Source: Bigelowiella natans CCMP2755 (taxonomy: Eukaryota; Protista; Cercozoa). Taken from it: a stretch of DNA of 41,970 nt. The DNA lies in assembly GCA_000320545.1 (NCBI GenBank), contig ADNK01000887.1, positions 1-41,970 on the forward strand, written 5' to 3'. The notes beneath the pieces are model-generated. The model was not told the origin of the DNA. It did not search any database and saw only the letters and a program-made list of their open reading frames with translations. Both the position numbers and the translations under genes were made by a program. Of this stretch, positions 9,980 to 22,874 are shown in pieces. How positions within the stretch are numbered: position 1 is the stretch's first letter; each line of letters begins with the position of its first letter.

Positions 9980-11750
9980 TCTGCATCCGCGTCGTTATCA
10001 GCACCAGCCTCAGCATGACGGTCGTGTGTGTCCCATCTGTATTCAAACAGATCGTGTCGGAGTCTATACAGAACCTTCCGTCCCCCCCTGAAGCGCCCCC
10101 AGAAGCAGGCCTCATCACCACCGCGTTGGATAGGTGGATGCATAGAAGAAATGTCGCATGGAGATGAGTGCTGGTTTGTAGTCCTTCGCCAATGGAGAGC
10201 AGCCAGCAGATCTGCTGCCATGTCATCATCATCATCATCATCATCATCATGATCCCTGCTCTCTTTCCCTCGGATCTTACTTTCTTCTCCGCTCACCCTC
10301 CCTCCTCAGCATCGCGGATTCGCTGGCGAACGCGGCGTTGTCTCGGGCAGAGGCCATGATGAAATCGAGGTATGGAAGTGATGCCAAGAGGAGGAAAGAG
10401 TGGGGTGGGGAGAAGGAAATGGAAAAAGAAGCACAAGCAGCCCAACATCATCTCGATTCTTCGTCAAATAAGCTTGCTCTCCTCCCTCCTTTTTTGCCTT
10501 CACTTGACCCCTTCCTGACTCTTCTCTTTCTCTCCCCCCCCCCTTTCTTCCCTGTAGCAGCGAGCCGTCGAAGCTTGGCGAGTATGCAGATAGGGCAGGC
10601 CTCTCTCACGTGGGGCGGCTACTGAAGCGAGAGCTTCACTACCTCGACGAGTACGCGGAAAAGATGGCAACGGGCGAGTCTCTTGAGGAGAGAGACCGGC
10701 GTGTGGATCGGCAGATGATGTTAGTTCTTTTGCATATTACTACAATGTCGATGATGACTTCTACGACGACGATATTTCTCCTGCCACCAACCACCACCAG
10801 CAGCAGCAGCAGCAGCATCGTGTGATTCACCTTCCCTCCCTCTTCCATTCTTGATGTCGATGACGAAAGCAATGCCTAGTTCAGACGGAGATAATGGCTG
10901 AAATAGACATATCCTCTAAGAAGCTCTGAGACATTATTTTTTTATTATCATGATGATGATGATGATGACGATGATGATGCTCGCATTCTTTACTTCGATT
11001 CTCAAAACGCACACAAAACCACCAGGTTCTGCAGTAAGAAGAACACTCTGTCTTTGTCCCCCCCCCCTACTCCTCCTCCTCCTCTCAGGAAAGATGCGCG
11101 AACCTTTGACCGCGACGAGTACATGAGGTAGGACCTTACATATCATCATCATCATCATCATCATTATCGCCATTCTTCTCTTAATTGCTGCTGCTGCTGC
11201 TGCTTTGACGATAAATAACCCCAGCATTATGAAGGAGCGTGAGGAGGCTGCAGCTGAAGCAAAAGCTGCATTCACCGCCGAAGATGAGGAAGATGACGAG
11301 AACAGCCCCGCCGCTGCTCAAGGAGAAGGAGAAGCAGGCGAATCTAAAGAGGGAGACGATAGTAGCAGCAGCAGCAGCAGCACAGATAGTGGCGGGGAGG
11401 ACGCTAACGCTGAAGCAGCAGAAGAAGAAGACGACACTGCAAATGAGAGCGGCACGACCGCGGTCATGATGAAGGAAGTGCACAAAACGCAGTGGGAGAA
11501 GCGGATGGAGAGCCTCTCGGACACGGTGAGTGAGAACGAACGACGGTGGTGATGGTCAATTGTGGTGGGTGAGATCATTGGTGAGATGTGCTCTCGTAGC
11601 AACTACAAAACCGTATGTCGCTGTCGTCATCGTTCCTCTTCGTGTGTGGCCAAAAACCAACCCCCCTGTGATGACCGTCAAAATACATGTTAGACTTCTG
11701 ATGCTCCTTGAGCACGTGAGACCAACTTATAATGACATGAGGGGCGGCAA

Positions 11751-11781
<31 letters not shown>

Positions 11782-11845
11782 CACAAAGAACCATGAGCGA
11801 ACGATGATGACAACGATAACGACAAGATTTTCGTTTTCCCCTTTT

Positions 11846-11883
<38 letters not shown>

Positions 11884-12466
11884 TTGTGCGTGTGTGTGTG
11901 TGCCGCAATCATTTATTGCGTCCACATGCATAGCATGGATGCATGCGTCGGGTGGGTGAATGATGAGAAATCGGCGACGCAGTTTGTCAACCTCCTCGTG
12001 ACCTCCTCCTCACCACCGACGCTTGCTCAAAGCGAGAGCAAAAAAGGAAGAACGGCAGCAGCAACATCAATCATATGCAATGATGCAACATCTCTGTGGT
12101 TCAGAGCCGATTAAAGCACGGCACTGCTGAGAACTTACTTTTAAGCTTCCTGAGCATATGATCAGATGTTGCCGTCTCCCCCGATTTGCTCTTGCTTTTA
12201 TCTATGCTGCTGATGTTGGTGTCGCTGCAATCTGGTGACCACTCTCTCTTATCAACACACTGTTAATTATCAACCCCCCCCCCCCCAGGTGGAGAAGTCC
12301 GCGCTATACCGCGAGGCGAGGAAGGCTCAACGATCGATGCAAGCATCGAACAACCCTATCATCGCTAAGACGAGGGAAAAGATGCAACAGGTTGTCTTAC
12401 GTCAACCCCCCCCCCCCCCCCCCCCTCTATTCGATATGCAATATACGAATATGTAAATATAAAATA

Positions 12467-12514
<48 letters not shown>

Positions 12515-12693
12515 GTTAATGTACATATAGGATTACATCCCCATTCTAAACTGATTGTGATGTTGTGCGTTTGTTTCTTCTTCTGCTGCTGCTGCTGCTG
12601 CTCTAGGCAAGCGAGGCTGCTGAGGATGCTCGAGAGGTGTGGGAGACGTCGCAGGACCCACTACTGTGGAAACTCAGGGACACTGCGGACACA

Positions 12694-12729
<36 letters not shown>

Positions 12730-13723
12730 TGATAAATATTTAGCACCGTACTACGCACTGTTGGTTGTATTCTTTGCAACCAATTCTATCGCTCCAGCCC
12801 ACATTCTGATCCAGTTCGTGTCTCTCTCTCTCTCTCTCTCTCTCTCCTCTCCCCCCTCTAGATTCGGCGAAACCGAGCAGGGGTACGTCAAGGGAGAGAT
12901 CCTGCGCATCGACGCCGGGTTTGACGAGATGGAGTTCATGCAGGAGCTGCGACGCTTCATGATCCCTGTGGTGATCAGCGCTTTCATGAGGGGAGATCTC
13001 GAGTTCCTCCGGACAATCTCGAGCGGGGCAGCAGAGGCCGCCCTCCACCAGGCCCTGACCCAGCGTAAGACTCTGGGTCATGTGATGGACTCCCGGCTGC
13101 TCGCCATCACCACGATTGACGTGCAGAAGTACTCGCTCGAGCACGGGGTGCCGCAGGTGACCGTCATGTTCGTCTGCCAGCACAAGCAGTGCATCAGGAA
13201 CGCCAAGGGCGATATCGTCGAAGGGTCCCCTGACAACGTGGACACCTTCCAGTAAGAAGAAGGAGAAGAAGAAGAAGAAGAAGGAGAAGGAGAGAGCTAG
13301 CTAGCTACTACGATGATCGGCGTGTGTTCGAGTGTGTGCGTGTGTGTGTGTGTGTGTTTGGAGCTGGTGAGTTGATGGGGAAGGATCATGCTTGCAAGGA
13401 AGCATGCACATATGTACACCCCGTAACGTTACAGCTGCTTGCTCTTCTCTCTTCTTCTCGTTTCTCCCTCTCGTCCTCTCTTTTTTTCTCTCTTGGTGCC
13501 TGAGTCGACTTCTCCCAAACAACCTACGAAGATCTATCTAACGCACACCGCATCGTCAACATCACCGTTATCATCATTATCATCATCATCATCGTCATCG
13601 TCATCTTCTGACCCACCCGCTACTCTCAGGTATGTTTGGAACCTGCAGCGCATCGTAGATAACCCCGCCTTCGACTGGGAGATTACGCTATTTGCGATGG
13701 TCAACGTTAAGCTGCTGCATTAA
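7896..13723 (+). CDS. TIM44: Mitochondrial import inner-membrane translocase subunit Tim44 with a long internal EF-hand-like insertion (about 16 exons)
   Basis: Arg-rich presequence exon 7896-8006 (MWAAAKTAAGTQRRGFLRLVRRLSLRS) and exon 8227-8319 (RSFGLWSDFKEKFNDMMERDKELKQAVE). Tim44 motifs EDAREVWETSQDPLLWKLRD, FGETEQG..EILRIDAGFD, CIRNAKGDIVEGSPD and YVWNLQR. Exon phases connect in frame from start to the TAA at 13721-13723. Confidence 0.85.
8377..8499 (+). ncRNA. Intronic box C/D snoRNA with an LSU rRNA guide
   Basis: Terminal stem GATAC/GTATC, box C ATGATGT (8383), D' ATGA (8405), C' GTGATTA (8474), D CTGA (8491). The D' guide AAGCTCAACAGGG is complementary to conserved 25/28S CCCUGUUGAGCUU. 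A long internal hairpin lies between D' and C'. Confidence 0.85.
9390..9485 (+). ncRNA. Intronic double-guide box C/D snoRNA, U34/snR62-like
   Basis: Stem TGGC/GCCA, box C GTGATGA (9395), D' ATGA (9429), D CTGA (9478). The D' guide CTTACCTACATTG pairs with LSU CAAUGUAGGUAAG, and its D'+5 position is the U modified by U34/snR62. The D guide TGGAGACCTGAT pairs with the nearby LSU AUCAGGUCUCCA. Confidence 0.88.
10854..10934 (+). ncRNA. Intronic box C/D snoRNA, U61/SNORD61-like
   Basis: Stem ATGTC/GACAT, box C ATGACGA (10860), D' CAGA, D CTGA (10926). The D guide CCTCTAAGAAG pairs with conserved 18S CUUCUUAGAGG, and D+5 falls on the second U, the position modified by U61. Confidence 0.85.
11663..11744 (+). 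ncRNA. Intronic box C/D snoRNA, snR58/SNORD104-like
   Basis: Stem CCCC/GGGG, box C GTGATGA (11668), D' CTGA (11698), hairpin TGCTC/GAGCA, C' GTGAGA, variant D ATGA (11737). The D' guide ACATGTTAGACTT pairs with LSU GAGUCUAACAUGU, and D'+5 is the C modified by snR58 (yeast Cm663). Confidence 0.85.
12070..12162 (+). ncRNA. Intronic box C/D snoRNA, target uncertain (copy 1)
   Basis: 9-bp terminal stem ATCATATGC/GCATATGAT in exact k-turn register with box C ATGATG (12080) and D CTGA (12150). D' CAGA and C'-like CTGAGA flank a GCCG/CGGC hairpin. Outer stem CAACATC/GATGTTG. An identical copy lies at 40015-40135. Confidence 0.8.
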
Positions 13724-14697
13724 AAGATATCAGGAGCATCACAATAAGCGAAGAAAGCATGCGGATGGTGCTGGCGACGGGGACGACGGCAATGATGATG
13801 ATAGTTTCAGTAAGATTCATGGACAATCGTAAATGGGGGAGGGCGCGGAGGCGGCTGCGGCTACCCATTCGTGCATCCAAACTACAAAGTATGCCTCTTG
13901 CACCGCACACATCCAATACAGGTGGATTTTGACCGTTGTTGTGATGACGGGGTAGACTCTTGAAAATAAATGCTGTCTACACTGATAGTTCAAGGGAATA
14001 AACGTAGTTTACTGAATTTTAGAAAGAAATATAGTTCGTCTGTACTCAGCAGAAGTTACACGTGAGTGTTCAACAAAATGACTACAGACAGACGACGCTC
14101 ATTACATCTCACACGCGGCGTTTGGTAGAACATTGCTGCTGCGTACACAATTTCGTGCGTGCTGCATGTTTCGATCCGTTCATAATAAATATAAAATAAC
14201 TAAAAATGATGAGAACAAACTGTGTATCTCTATGGTTGGTTACATACGCATTGCCTAAATGTATGCATGGTCGTTCAGCGTCACCGCAGCAGGCTAGCAG
14301 GCCGCGCGCAACTAGCTATCTTATCACGCTAGATTTCATGAAGAGTGACGACGTACGTATGGCTAATTTCGCCAGATCTCAGCCTTTTAATCTTTCCATA
14401 TGATCATCATGTCTTACATACATACACCATGAACTTTCTAGCTTTGTCTAGTGTAAAAATGGCACGATGCGATGACACACCAGCTCCAGGTGTCTTAGGA
14501 TACATTTATGTTGCGCACGCTAGCACGCAGACGGGGCATCATTATCGTTGCGTGTTTTGCACTGCCTAGCTAGCTAGGTACTATTCTTTGCCTTTTTATA
14601 TCTATTGCGAATAGGCATCGGTAATTTTTGCTTATCAGCTTGACTATGACCAACCATCAATCGCCGCCTTCGTACCTATCTAGCTATATCGCTACAT

Positions 14698-16167
14698 CTA
14701 GTGGAATCTATAGCTTTGCGCACTACTCCTCATAAGGCCTGACGCTCTGCCGTCGCTATCGAACAGGATACTCCGCTGTCCGCCCATGCTCAAGACTCTG
14801 CTGATCTCCCTATGGAGGTCATCGATCTTGATCTCCCTATGACGGTCGTCGGCATTGCCCGGCCCCGTCGTCCTGAGGTCGAGCACCGTCATGCAGAGGA
14901 GGCAGAGGATGCGGCGGAGCTCGTCCTCCACGGTTTTGATGGTCATGTACCCCATCCCCTTGGCAACGTTCATACCGATGGAGATGGCGCCGAGGATGAG
15001 CGAGGCGCGGAAGGGGAAGCTCTTGATGTCGCTCTCGGAGCCATAGGACATGACGGGGCCTGCGAAGATGACGAACATCGGGACGACCTGCAGGAGCACC
15101 ACGACGCTGTGGATCACGGTCAGTCGCCGCTGCAGCCCATTGCGTGCGATGGCGAACAAGATCGTCTCGCAGAGGACGGAGGGGGCATCGCCCAAGTCCA
15201 TTTTCGTCCTCTTGTTTGTGGTAGGAATAACAGTGATGGTGGTGGGGAGGACTTTCCCTCGTGGTCTCTTTTCCTCTATAGCTTCTTCCGGATCATCATC
15301 TGGAATATGCTTCTTACGTTCTTCGACGACTATGCTACTTTCTCTTTTCCCCTCTTCTTCTGTTCCCTCTTCGCCTTTCTCTCCTTCCTCTGCTTCTTCT
15401 CTGAGTCCATTTTCTGGCTCTGCTATGCCCGTTGTCTTGTTCTTCTCGTTGAGCTCATCATCACCGCCGCTGGACTGGGTACGAACGATCGTCGAGAAGA
15501 CTACTCCCCACGGAGATCCGGGAGCGACTTAATAATCATAGAAAACGCAGAGATAAAAGCATCCATAGATCTTAAATAGATCAATAGATCAATAAATAAA
15601 TAATAACATGCATGCATTCACATAAATGTAGACCGGTGTTGAAATCCTCGATGTCCTCATGCTGAGCGATGATCTCATCGAATTTCTTGCAGTTGTACCG
15701 ACCCTTCTCCTTGGCGACATTTTGGAAGATCTGCTTCTTACGTTCTTCGGGATGAAATCCAGCCTATACGTCACGGTATAATAGTCGCGGTGATGATGGC
15801 GATGATGATGGTGATAACGATGATAATGGTGATGTGAATGATGGTGATGGTGATGATGATGATAGCGATGATTATGGTGATGGTTATGATAATGATGATG
15901 ATGATGATGATAATGATGATGATAGTGGTAATAATGACGGTGATGATGATAATGATTAGCAATACCCGTTTGTGAGAGTCCTCCAAAACACGAATGCTCT
16001 GAACGGTACCCCAGAGCAGCGTGAGAGTACCGACTGCAATGAATGCGATGACAGGATACGTGTAGTGCTCCAGATCGGGACTTGGAAGGATGATCTCGGT
16101 TAAAGTTGCGATGTCTGTTCCTGAAGAATGAAAGAATGAATGACCACCGGGTATCTGTCCTTCTGAC

Positions 16168-16224
<57 letters not shown>

Positions 16225-16294
16225 CCTCTCTCTCTTTCTCTTTCTTTGAGGGTGTGTATCATGGAGAGGAGCTGGGAGAGGAGCATGTTCAATG

Positions 16295-16330
<36 letters not shown>

Positions 16331-16432
16331 AGAGATAGAGGATTGTAGCGAGGGTGGTGTGCGTTGGACCCCCGTGTTTCTTCTCCTCCTCCTCCTCCTC
16401 CTCATCATCATCATCACTGTTCTACTTCTTCT

Positions 16433-16464
<32 letters not shown>

Positions 16465-17192
16465 TTACTACTACTACTACTACTACTACTACTACCTGTC
16501 TTTAGAAAGCCAGAAGCATAGCTCAGAGCCACCGTTACGACATCCTGATGGTAGTAACACGACAATGGAGCTGATCAAGGCGATGATAAATTTATGATAA
16601 GTGATGGTGGTGATGATGACGGAGATAATTGCGATGATGGCTATGAGAATCATGCTGATGCTGGTGAAGGGCTCTGACAAGCAACCGATACACATGTGGA
16701 AGAAGATGAAAGGCGCTGATAAGCAGCCAATACACATATAGAAGAAGAAGAAGAAAAAGACCCCATAACGTGCTGCAATGACTACGGTATCTGGAAAAAT
16801 AATGACCGACAGCTCTCCACATACAAACAAACAATTGGAAAGAAGAAGAAGAGAACACACTGGGGTAAACTGCGCCCTAGACACACCGCCGACCGATCAT
16901 CACTTTCGACTCAGATCTCATCATGTTTTCATATGATTCGAGACTCTTCTGTGACCCCGCCTCCTCCTCCTCACCTCCAGGAGCACTTTGAGAGCATCAC
17001 GGGCTAGCTTCGTGGTAAACAGCCCGTGCATGAAGATGACCAGAGCCACCGCAAACGCTACGATGAACGCTGCGAACGTCCAATCAATCTTAGCGTCGCC
17101 CCGGTTGCAAGAGTCCCCCTTCTCCCTCAGCTCGCCAGAGAAGCTAATCATGACGGTGGTGGAGACAACGACGACGCTGATGATGCTGCTGA

Positions 17193-17223
<31 letters not shown>

Positions 17224-18816
17224 GACGATGACGATGGTGATGAACGATGACGATGCTGACGATGAATGATAATAAAAAGTGCTGTGGCTCCCCTGTGCCC
17301 CCTCTATTCATGATCATGTGAATAGGTTCTTGTTGACTTACTCTCCCTCGCACTTGCATCCAGAGATATCCTCCTGACCAGGATCGGAGTTTGATCCCGA
17401 GGGGCAGAGCGTAGCAGCCGTTGAACCCTCTGGGCAGTAGCTGCCTGCAGGACACTCTGTTTGCTGCCCATCATTGATGGTCACAATAACCCGGTCGAAG
17501 TTGTAGTAGTAGTAGTAGTAATAGTAGTAGCAGCAGCAGCAGTAAGAGGAGGATGAGGAGGAGGAGGAGGAGGAGTAGGAGTAGTAGTGTGAGTAGTAGT
17601 AGAAGTAGATCGAAAGGGAAAAGGAAGAAGAACAAGAACAAGAACAAGAAGAAGAAGCAGCAGCAGCAGCAACGTCTACATCGATATTTCGTTCTTTTCC
17701 ATCTATGATCATAATCACGATTCTCCCTCTCCCCTCCTCCTCCTCCTCCTCCTCCTCCTCCTCCTCCTCATCCTCATCATCATCCCCCTGTTTCCTCTTA
17801 TCTTCCTTCCTCCCCCTTCTTCCACCTAGATCTAGCGACTATCATAGCTAAACTCAAAACTGCATGTAATAAGAGAGAGCACAGGGAGAGGCCCTACAGC
17901 ACAGAAAGTGAGAACATCCAACCCCCCAAAAAAGCGCGTAAATGGGTCGTCGTCGTCGTCGTAGTAGTAGTAGTAGTATAAGCGTATCACGTTTATTGTC
18001 GTCAGGCAGTAGAAGCCTGCAGGGCACAAGTTTTCGTTGATGCTCCCAGTGGGGCAGTAGTTTGTTACCCGGCATGGGACCTGGAATTCGGGGGTGCGAC
18101 AGTGATGCTCCTCGCTGCACTGCTTTTCGGTCAGAGATCCCTGCGGACAATAAGAGCCTGGATTGCACGGTTGAATTACGTCGGGGGAAGGACAGAACGA
18201 CCCGACAGGGCAGGGGGCCTCATTGATGGTTCTCTCGGGGCAGTAGCTCCTGGGGAAGAGAGCAAAAAAAAGGAAACAGAATCAGTATTCGTTCTCTCAA
18301 GAGAGACGGGCAGGGAGAGAAATGATATGGGAACACTGACGAGAGACTCTCATAAAGTAGGCCCGTCTCTCGTGGGCATCTCAACGTTGTTCTGCCATCG
18401 GTCCTCTTTCCATGCAGGTGTGACTCATCATCATCATCGGCATCTGCTGTCGACTGTTGCATTGTTACCCGAGAGCGCAGGGAATCTGGACGCTTGGTGT
18501 TGGACAAGCGTGTCCCTCCAAGCAGCTGCGAGGCTCCGTGATTGCAGATGGGCAGTAGCTGCCTAACTCGCACTCAATCTCTCCTCCAGACGGCGGACAA
18601 TAGAAGCCTTCATGGGTAAAAACGGGATGGAAGAGGGGGGGGGGGAGGGGAATGCCGGAGGGCATATGTGTAATTACTTTGTACATCCATCTGGTCAGAG
18701 GAGGGCTGAGATTTATTTATTACGTATTCTCATTACGCCCGATTTCATAATCTGCCAATATCGGACAGAAAGTAAGAAGTTCTAAATCTATCTCCACGTA
18801 CTACTACTACTACTAC

Positions 18817-18852
<36 letters not shown>

Positions 18853-19337
18853 CCCTTCTACTACTCGAATTACCCGGTCTGCACACAACTGCTGCAGAGC
18901 ATATAAAGCCTTGGTGACCCTGCGAACAGTCTAGATCTCTCACAGTCCTATTGGTGCTGTCGCAACCATTCTCATTACAGTCAAATGCGGTCGGTACGGG
19001 GCTACTCAGGAAGCTCTCGAGCCTCTGCTGAGAGATACCTGCGCAATCCTGCCTCCCACGAAAATTGCTTGGCTGGCCTTTGTAGAAGAGGGAAGTGTCA
19101 TATGCGAGGAGTTTGGAAGGGTCTTTTGCCCAATAGAATGTGCTATTTCGGTAGATGTCGTACAACCTAGATAAATCAAGGAAGGAATGAGACAACTTTC
19201 TTGATAACATTATCTCTTAATGGCGATGTATTCTAAGTGAGTACGTGAATTTATATCTAATTTATCTCTGTTCCTCCCCATTCTCCATATATTTGAAACA
19301 AAAGGAACCGGAGACATTAACGAACTTATCGTTCATA

Positions 19338-19385
<48 letters not shown>

Positions 19386-20338
19386 AGCGTGTGTGCTTTA
19401 TGAAATGGACTCTTGCCTTTACCCGATCCAATAGTTGCTGGCCTTCGGTCCAAAATTTTTAAAGGTTTCAAGGACTTCAAGATACGTATCTACGTTCTCC
19501 ATGATCGCCAGTCCTTCATACCTGAGGACAACAATATTGAGGAAGCGCGGCCTCAAACTCTAGCTGACTGCCAAGATTTCAATGACATCGCGAAGTACTT
19601 TGAAATAAACAAAGTTCCTAAACAGTGATTATCATCATAATCATCATCATTATCATCATCATCTTCTTCTTCTTCTTCTCTACATCGTATCTCTGAACAT
19701 GCGCACCCGTACTCCTGACAGCTAAGCTCAGCTTCTTCTGCAGTTATGCCAAAAGGCCGAAAATATCTCGCGAATGTGTGTCCATTGGAGGCTGTGAAAA
19801 CACGTGAAATTCTTACACAAAAAAACGGTCTGACAGCAGAGCAGAAATTATCGCTCCAGAAGATCCCTTCTTCTCTTCTACTCGAAAGATACCTGAGGGA
19901 TGCAGCGTGTAGATGGTGTAAAATTATCCATCTGCAACTATAACGAAGCGTACCTCCCCGTTTTTCATGTATTGCGTACCTTATCTCCATGCAATCACGT
20001 TGAATTTCCCTTTCCCTGAACGCTGTGAAGTTCAAATCGGTTCCGTCGCTCCACTTGAAATTGCCGCAATTTTTCTCGAGCCCAAACCAAGCATAAGGGA
20101 GGTTTGTGCTGTTAGTGAGAGGGGGTGTAGCTATTCTATCCTGTTCACTTTTGCTCGTGAAGGTTGCCAATCCATCGAATCCAAGTCTCGAGCATTCGGA
20201 AAATGCGCCCTTAAAGTTGCGGCTTATTGAAAAGTATTCGTACTCCCTCCTTTCAAATGTTTCGTTGGCGCTTATTGTCGCTGCTCCTGTGATGATCAGT
20301 ATCGCCAACTTGAAGAGAAGTCGATAATCTCGAGACAT
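14698..20338 (-). CDS. Cell-surface protein: signal peptide, two C-type lectin domains, Cys-rich CxxGxYCP (GCC2_GCC3/ephrin-receptor-like) repeats and a multi-pass TM C-terminus (multi-exon)
   Basis: Signal peptide MSRDYRLLFKLAILIITGAATISA. CTL motifs AFSECSRLGFDGLA..AWFGL..FKWSDG..WSDNFC..RPFFC and CQEYGYEGLA..NYWIGL..GFICS. Repeats GFYCPP, GSYCPS, CPAGSYCPEGS. Hydrophobic exons at about 17145-16977, 16790-16495, 16120-15970 and 15200-14880. Confidence 0.75.
16665..16748. repeat. Imperfect 42-bp tandem duplication (14 aa) in the lectin-receptor gene
   Basis: Two 42-nt units differ at 7 positions and encode YMCIGCLSAPF / HMCIGCLSEPF on the minus strand. Confidence 0.85.
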
Positions 20339-20859
20339 CGCTCCGCGTCGCTTTCAGAAGGATGCCCGGAAGGTGTTCTCTCTTTGCTTCCGGTATTATT
20401 TGTGCACCTCCTGCAGGGGGGCATCAAAGAAGAACGAAAAGGAGAAAACTTTTCACCAAAAAGTGTGGTAATTTTGGCATGCGACAATCGAATTTTGCCC
20501 CAAAGTCGTACTAGTCGTCGTACCCTTGTTAAAAAAACAAGGAGAGCATGGTTTCTCAAGTTCATCGGGAAACTCAGGTGGTTTCCGCTTTTTTCAGTCC
20601 AGATCTGCACAATTCTGTCTCTTGAAGATCACGCAATCACTCCTAACAACCCCCCGGATAAAACCATCCCTTGTCGCGTTGGATTATTGTGTCCTATTTT
20701 GCTCAGAAATTCTTGGTTAAAAAATATGGTGAAATCCAGGAAATCAACCAAATTCGACCTGAAACGTTGCGCCTTGAAGAGAGGTACCCGACCGACCCAC
20801 ACCATTATTGCTGTGCCAGGGTAGATAGCTCTCTCAACTTGTGTCTGTCTGCCTGTCTG

Positions 20860-20921
<62 letters not shown>

Positions 20922-20977
20922 TGTGTTTGCGATTTTAATGCAGTATTGCTATTACTAGGCAACTGGACTTTCGCAAT

Positions 20978-22765
20978 ATGCTTCTCGTACTGCTGTTAAG
21001 CATTCTCCTGCAGCACCAAGCGGCCACAGCTGAGCGGCTCAAAAAGGGCAAAAAGCCACACATCTTGTTCGTACTTGTTGACGACTACGGATGGTACGAT
21101 ACGTTTGAATGATCTCTAAACTGTATTATGTCATGTAACGAGAAAATATATATAACTGCAGGGGCAACATTGGATACCATCGTCCAGATGACAAGGGTTC
21201 TGAGATTAGGACACCAACGCTCGACAAGTTAGCCGAGGAAGGAATTAAGCTGAATCGGCATTATGCAGGTGATTTCATGCAATTCAGGGTTTTCTTGTAG
21301 TAACATCTTCTACATCGCTGGTACAGCTCCAATGTGTACTCCAACGAGAAGCGCCCTCCAAAGCGGGAGATTGGTATAATTTAATTTATGTTTCAACTCA
21401 AATTTGAATGATCTTGAAGTTCTTCCAAGTTGCATTTTAAAGTTAATTGTCCGCGTGGATTTAATTGAGGGCGCAAGATGTAACAAAATATTATTTTTGC
21501 TGGATCTGTTTCTCTCAATCAACAGCCGGTCCATGTACAACCATCTCTCGCGGATCCTTGTGCTCGTGATTGTGGTGTTGCTCGTGAAATGACCGGCATT
21601 GCATCGAAACTCGAGATGGGAGGATATAGAACACATCAGGTCGCCAACTGTTACATCCAAAGACTTAGCACAGATTTCATTTTTGAAAAAACTATTCAAT
21701 CGTTTGTTGAAGGTGGGGAAATGGGACGCTGGCATGGCCTCCTTTGACCACACACCTATGGGGCGCGGATTCAACACTTCGCTCAACTACTTTGGGCATG
21801 GAAATTGGATGTGGACGCAGGTTCGAGAACGTTTTCAAGATGTAACGTGTAACGGGTAGAAATGCAAATCTTTTTTCAATACATATCAGGCGGTTTGGGA
21901 AGGGTCGTACCAAAATCAGACAGGAATCCCATCTCCCGGCCTGACCGATCTGTGGGATACTGACAAGCCCGCCACGGATCTAAATCGCACAGATTTTGAA
22001 GAATGGATTTTCCGCGATCGCATGAAAGAGATTATCGAGAAACATCCTGACGACGAGCCTTTATTTCTGTTCTATGCTCCAAGGATTGCTCACTACCCTC
22101 TTCAGGCACCTCCAGAGTACCTATAAACATAATTTTGTAGCAAAATTGAAAATCGAATGTCACTGAAGGTTATATGGCTTCTTCCTCAGATATCAGGAAG
22201 AATTCATGCACATCAAGGAACCTCACCGCCGCGTGTAAGACTATGCACAAACCTGACATCTACGATTCTATTGAACACTCCGTTCGCAATGGTGTCCTGT
22301 TAAACTTATACCGTTGTACATTGCGTCAGATACTCTGCCATGGTGAAAGTTCTGGACGATCAGATCAAATGGCTGTCTAACGCTTTCAAAGAGGCTGGTC
22401 TATGGGATGACACCCTCATGGTACTCTCCAGCGACAATGGGGGCTTCGTGGGTGGCGTAGCGGAATGTGACGAGATCGAGGCCAGCTGGATGCCAAAGGT
22501 ATTTTCTGCACATCTGTAGATAGCGCTCTCTCCCAGATGAGCTTACAGCCTAAGTCACACCTTCTTTCAGGTTGGAAATGGAACGTCTTGCTTCAATTTA
22601 GAGAGTGGCGCCAACAATTACCCACTTCGCGGTGGGAAGTACTCATCGTTTGAGGGTGGGATTCGAGTAAATGCTTTCTTATCCGGGGGATATATCCCTG
22701 AGACTGTCCGAGGGACACAACAAGAGAATATGGTCACAATAAGCGACTGGTAGTCTCAAATTGGA

Positions 22766-22802
<37 letters not shown>

Positions 22803-22808
22803 AAAAAA

Positions 22809-22874
<66 letters not shown>

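Noticed and set aside
9983-10225. Apparent long H/ACA-like RNA (TGCATCCGC/GTGGATGCA stem, ATAGAA H box, second hairpin)
   Set aside because: 10051-10133 is needed as a TIM44 exon because its phases match both neighbours, and no ACA box follows the second hairpin.
14812-15579. 255-aa plus-strand ORF, and similar ORFs such as 24845-25561 and 29950-30384
   Set aside because: Antisense shadows of GC-rich coding exons on the other strand.
15589-16325. Long ORFs rich in poly-H, poly-I, RE or CV, here and in many other introns
   Set aside because: Translations of intronic microsatellites. Only short embedded segments are real exons.
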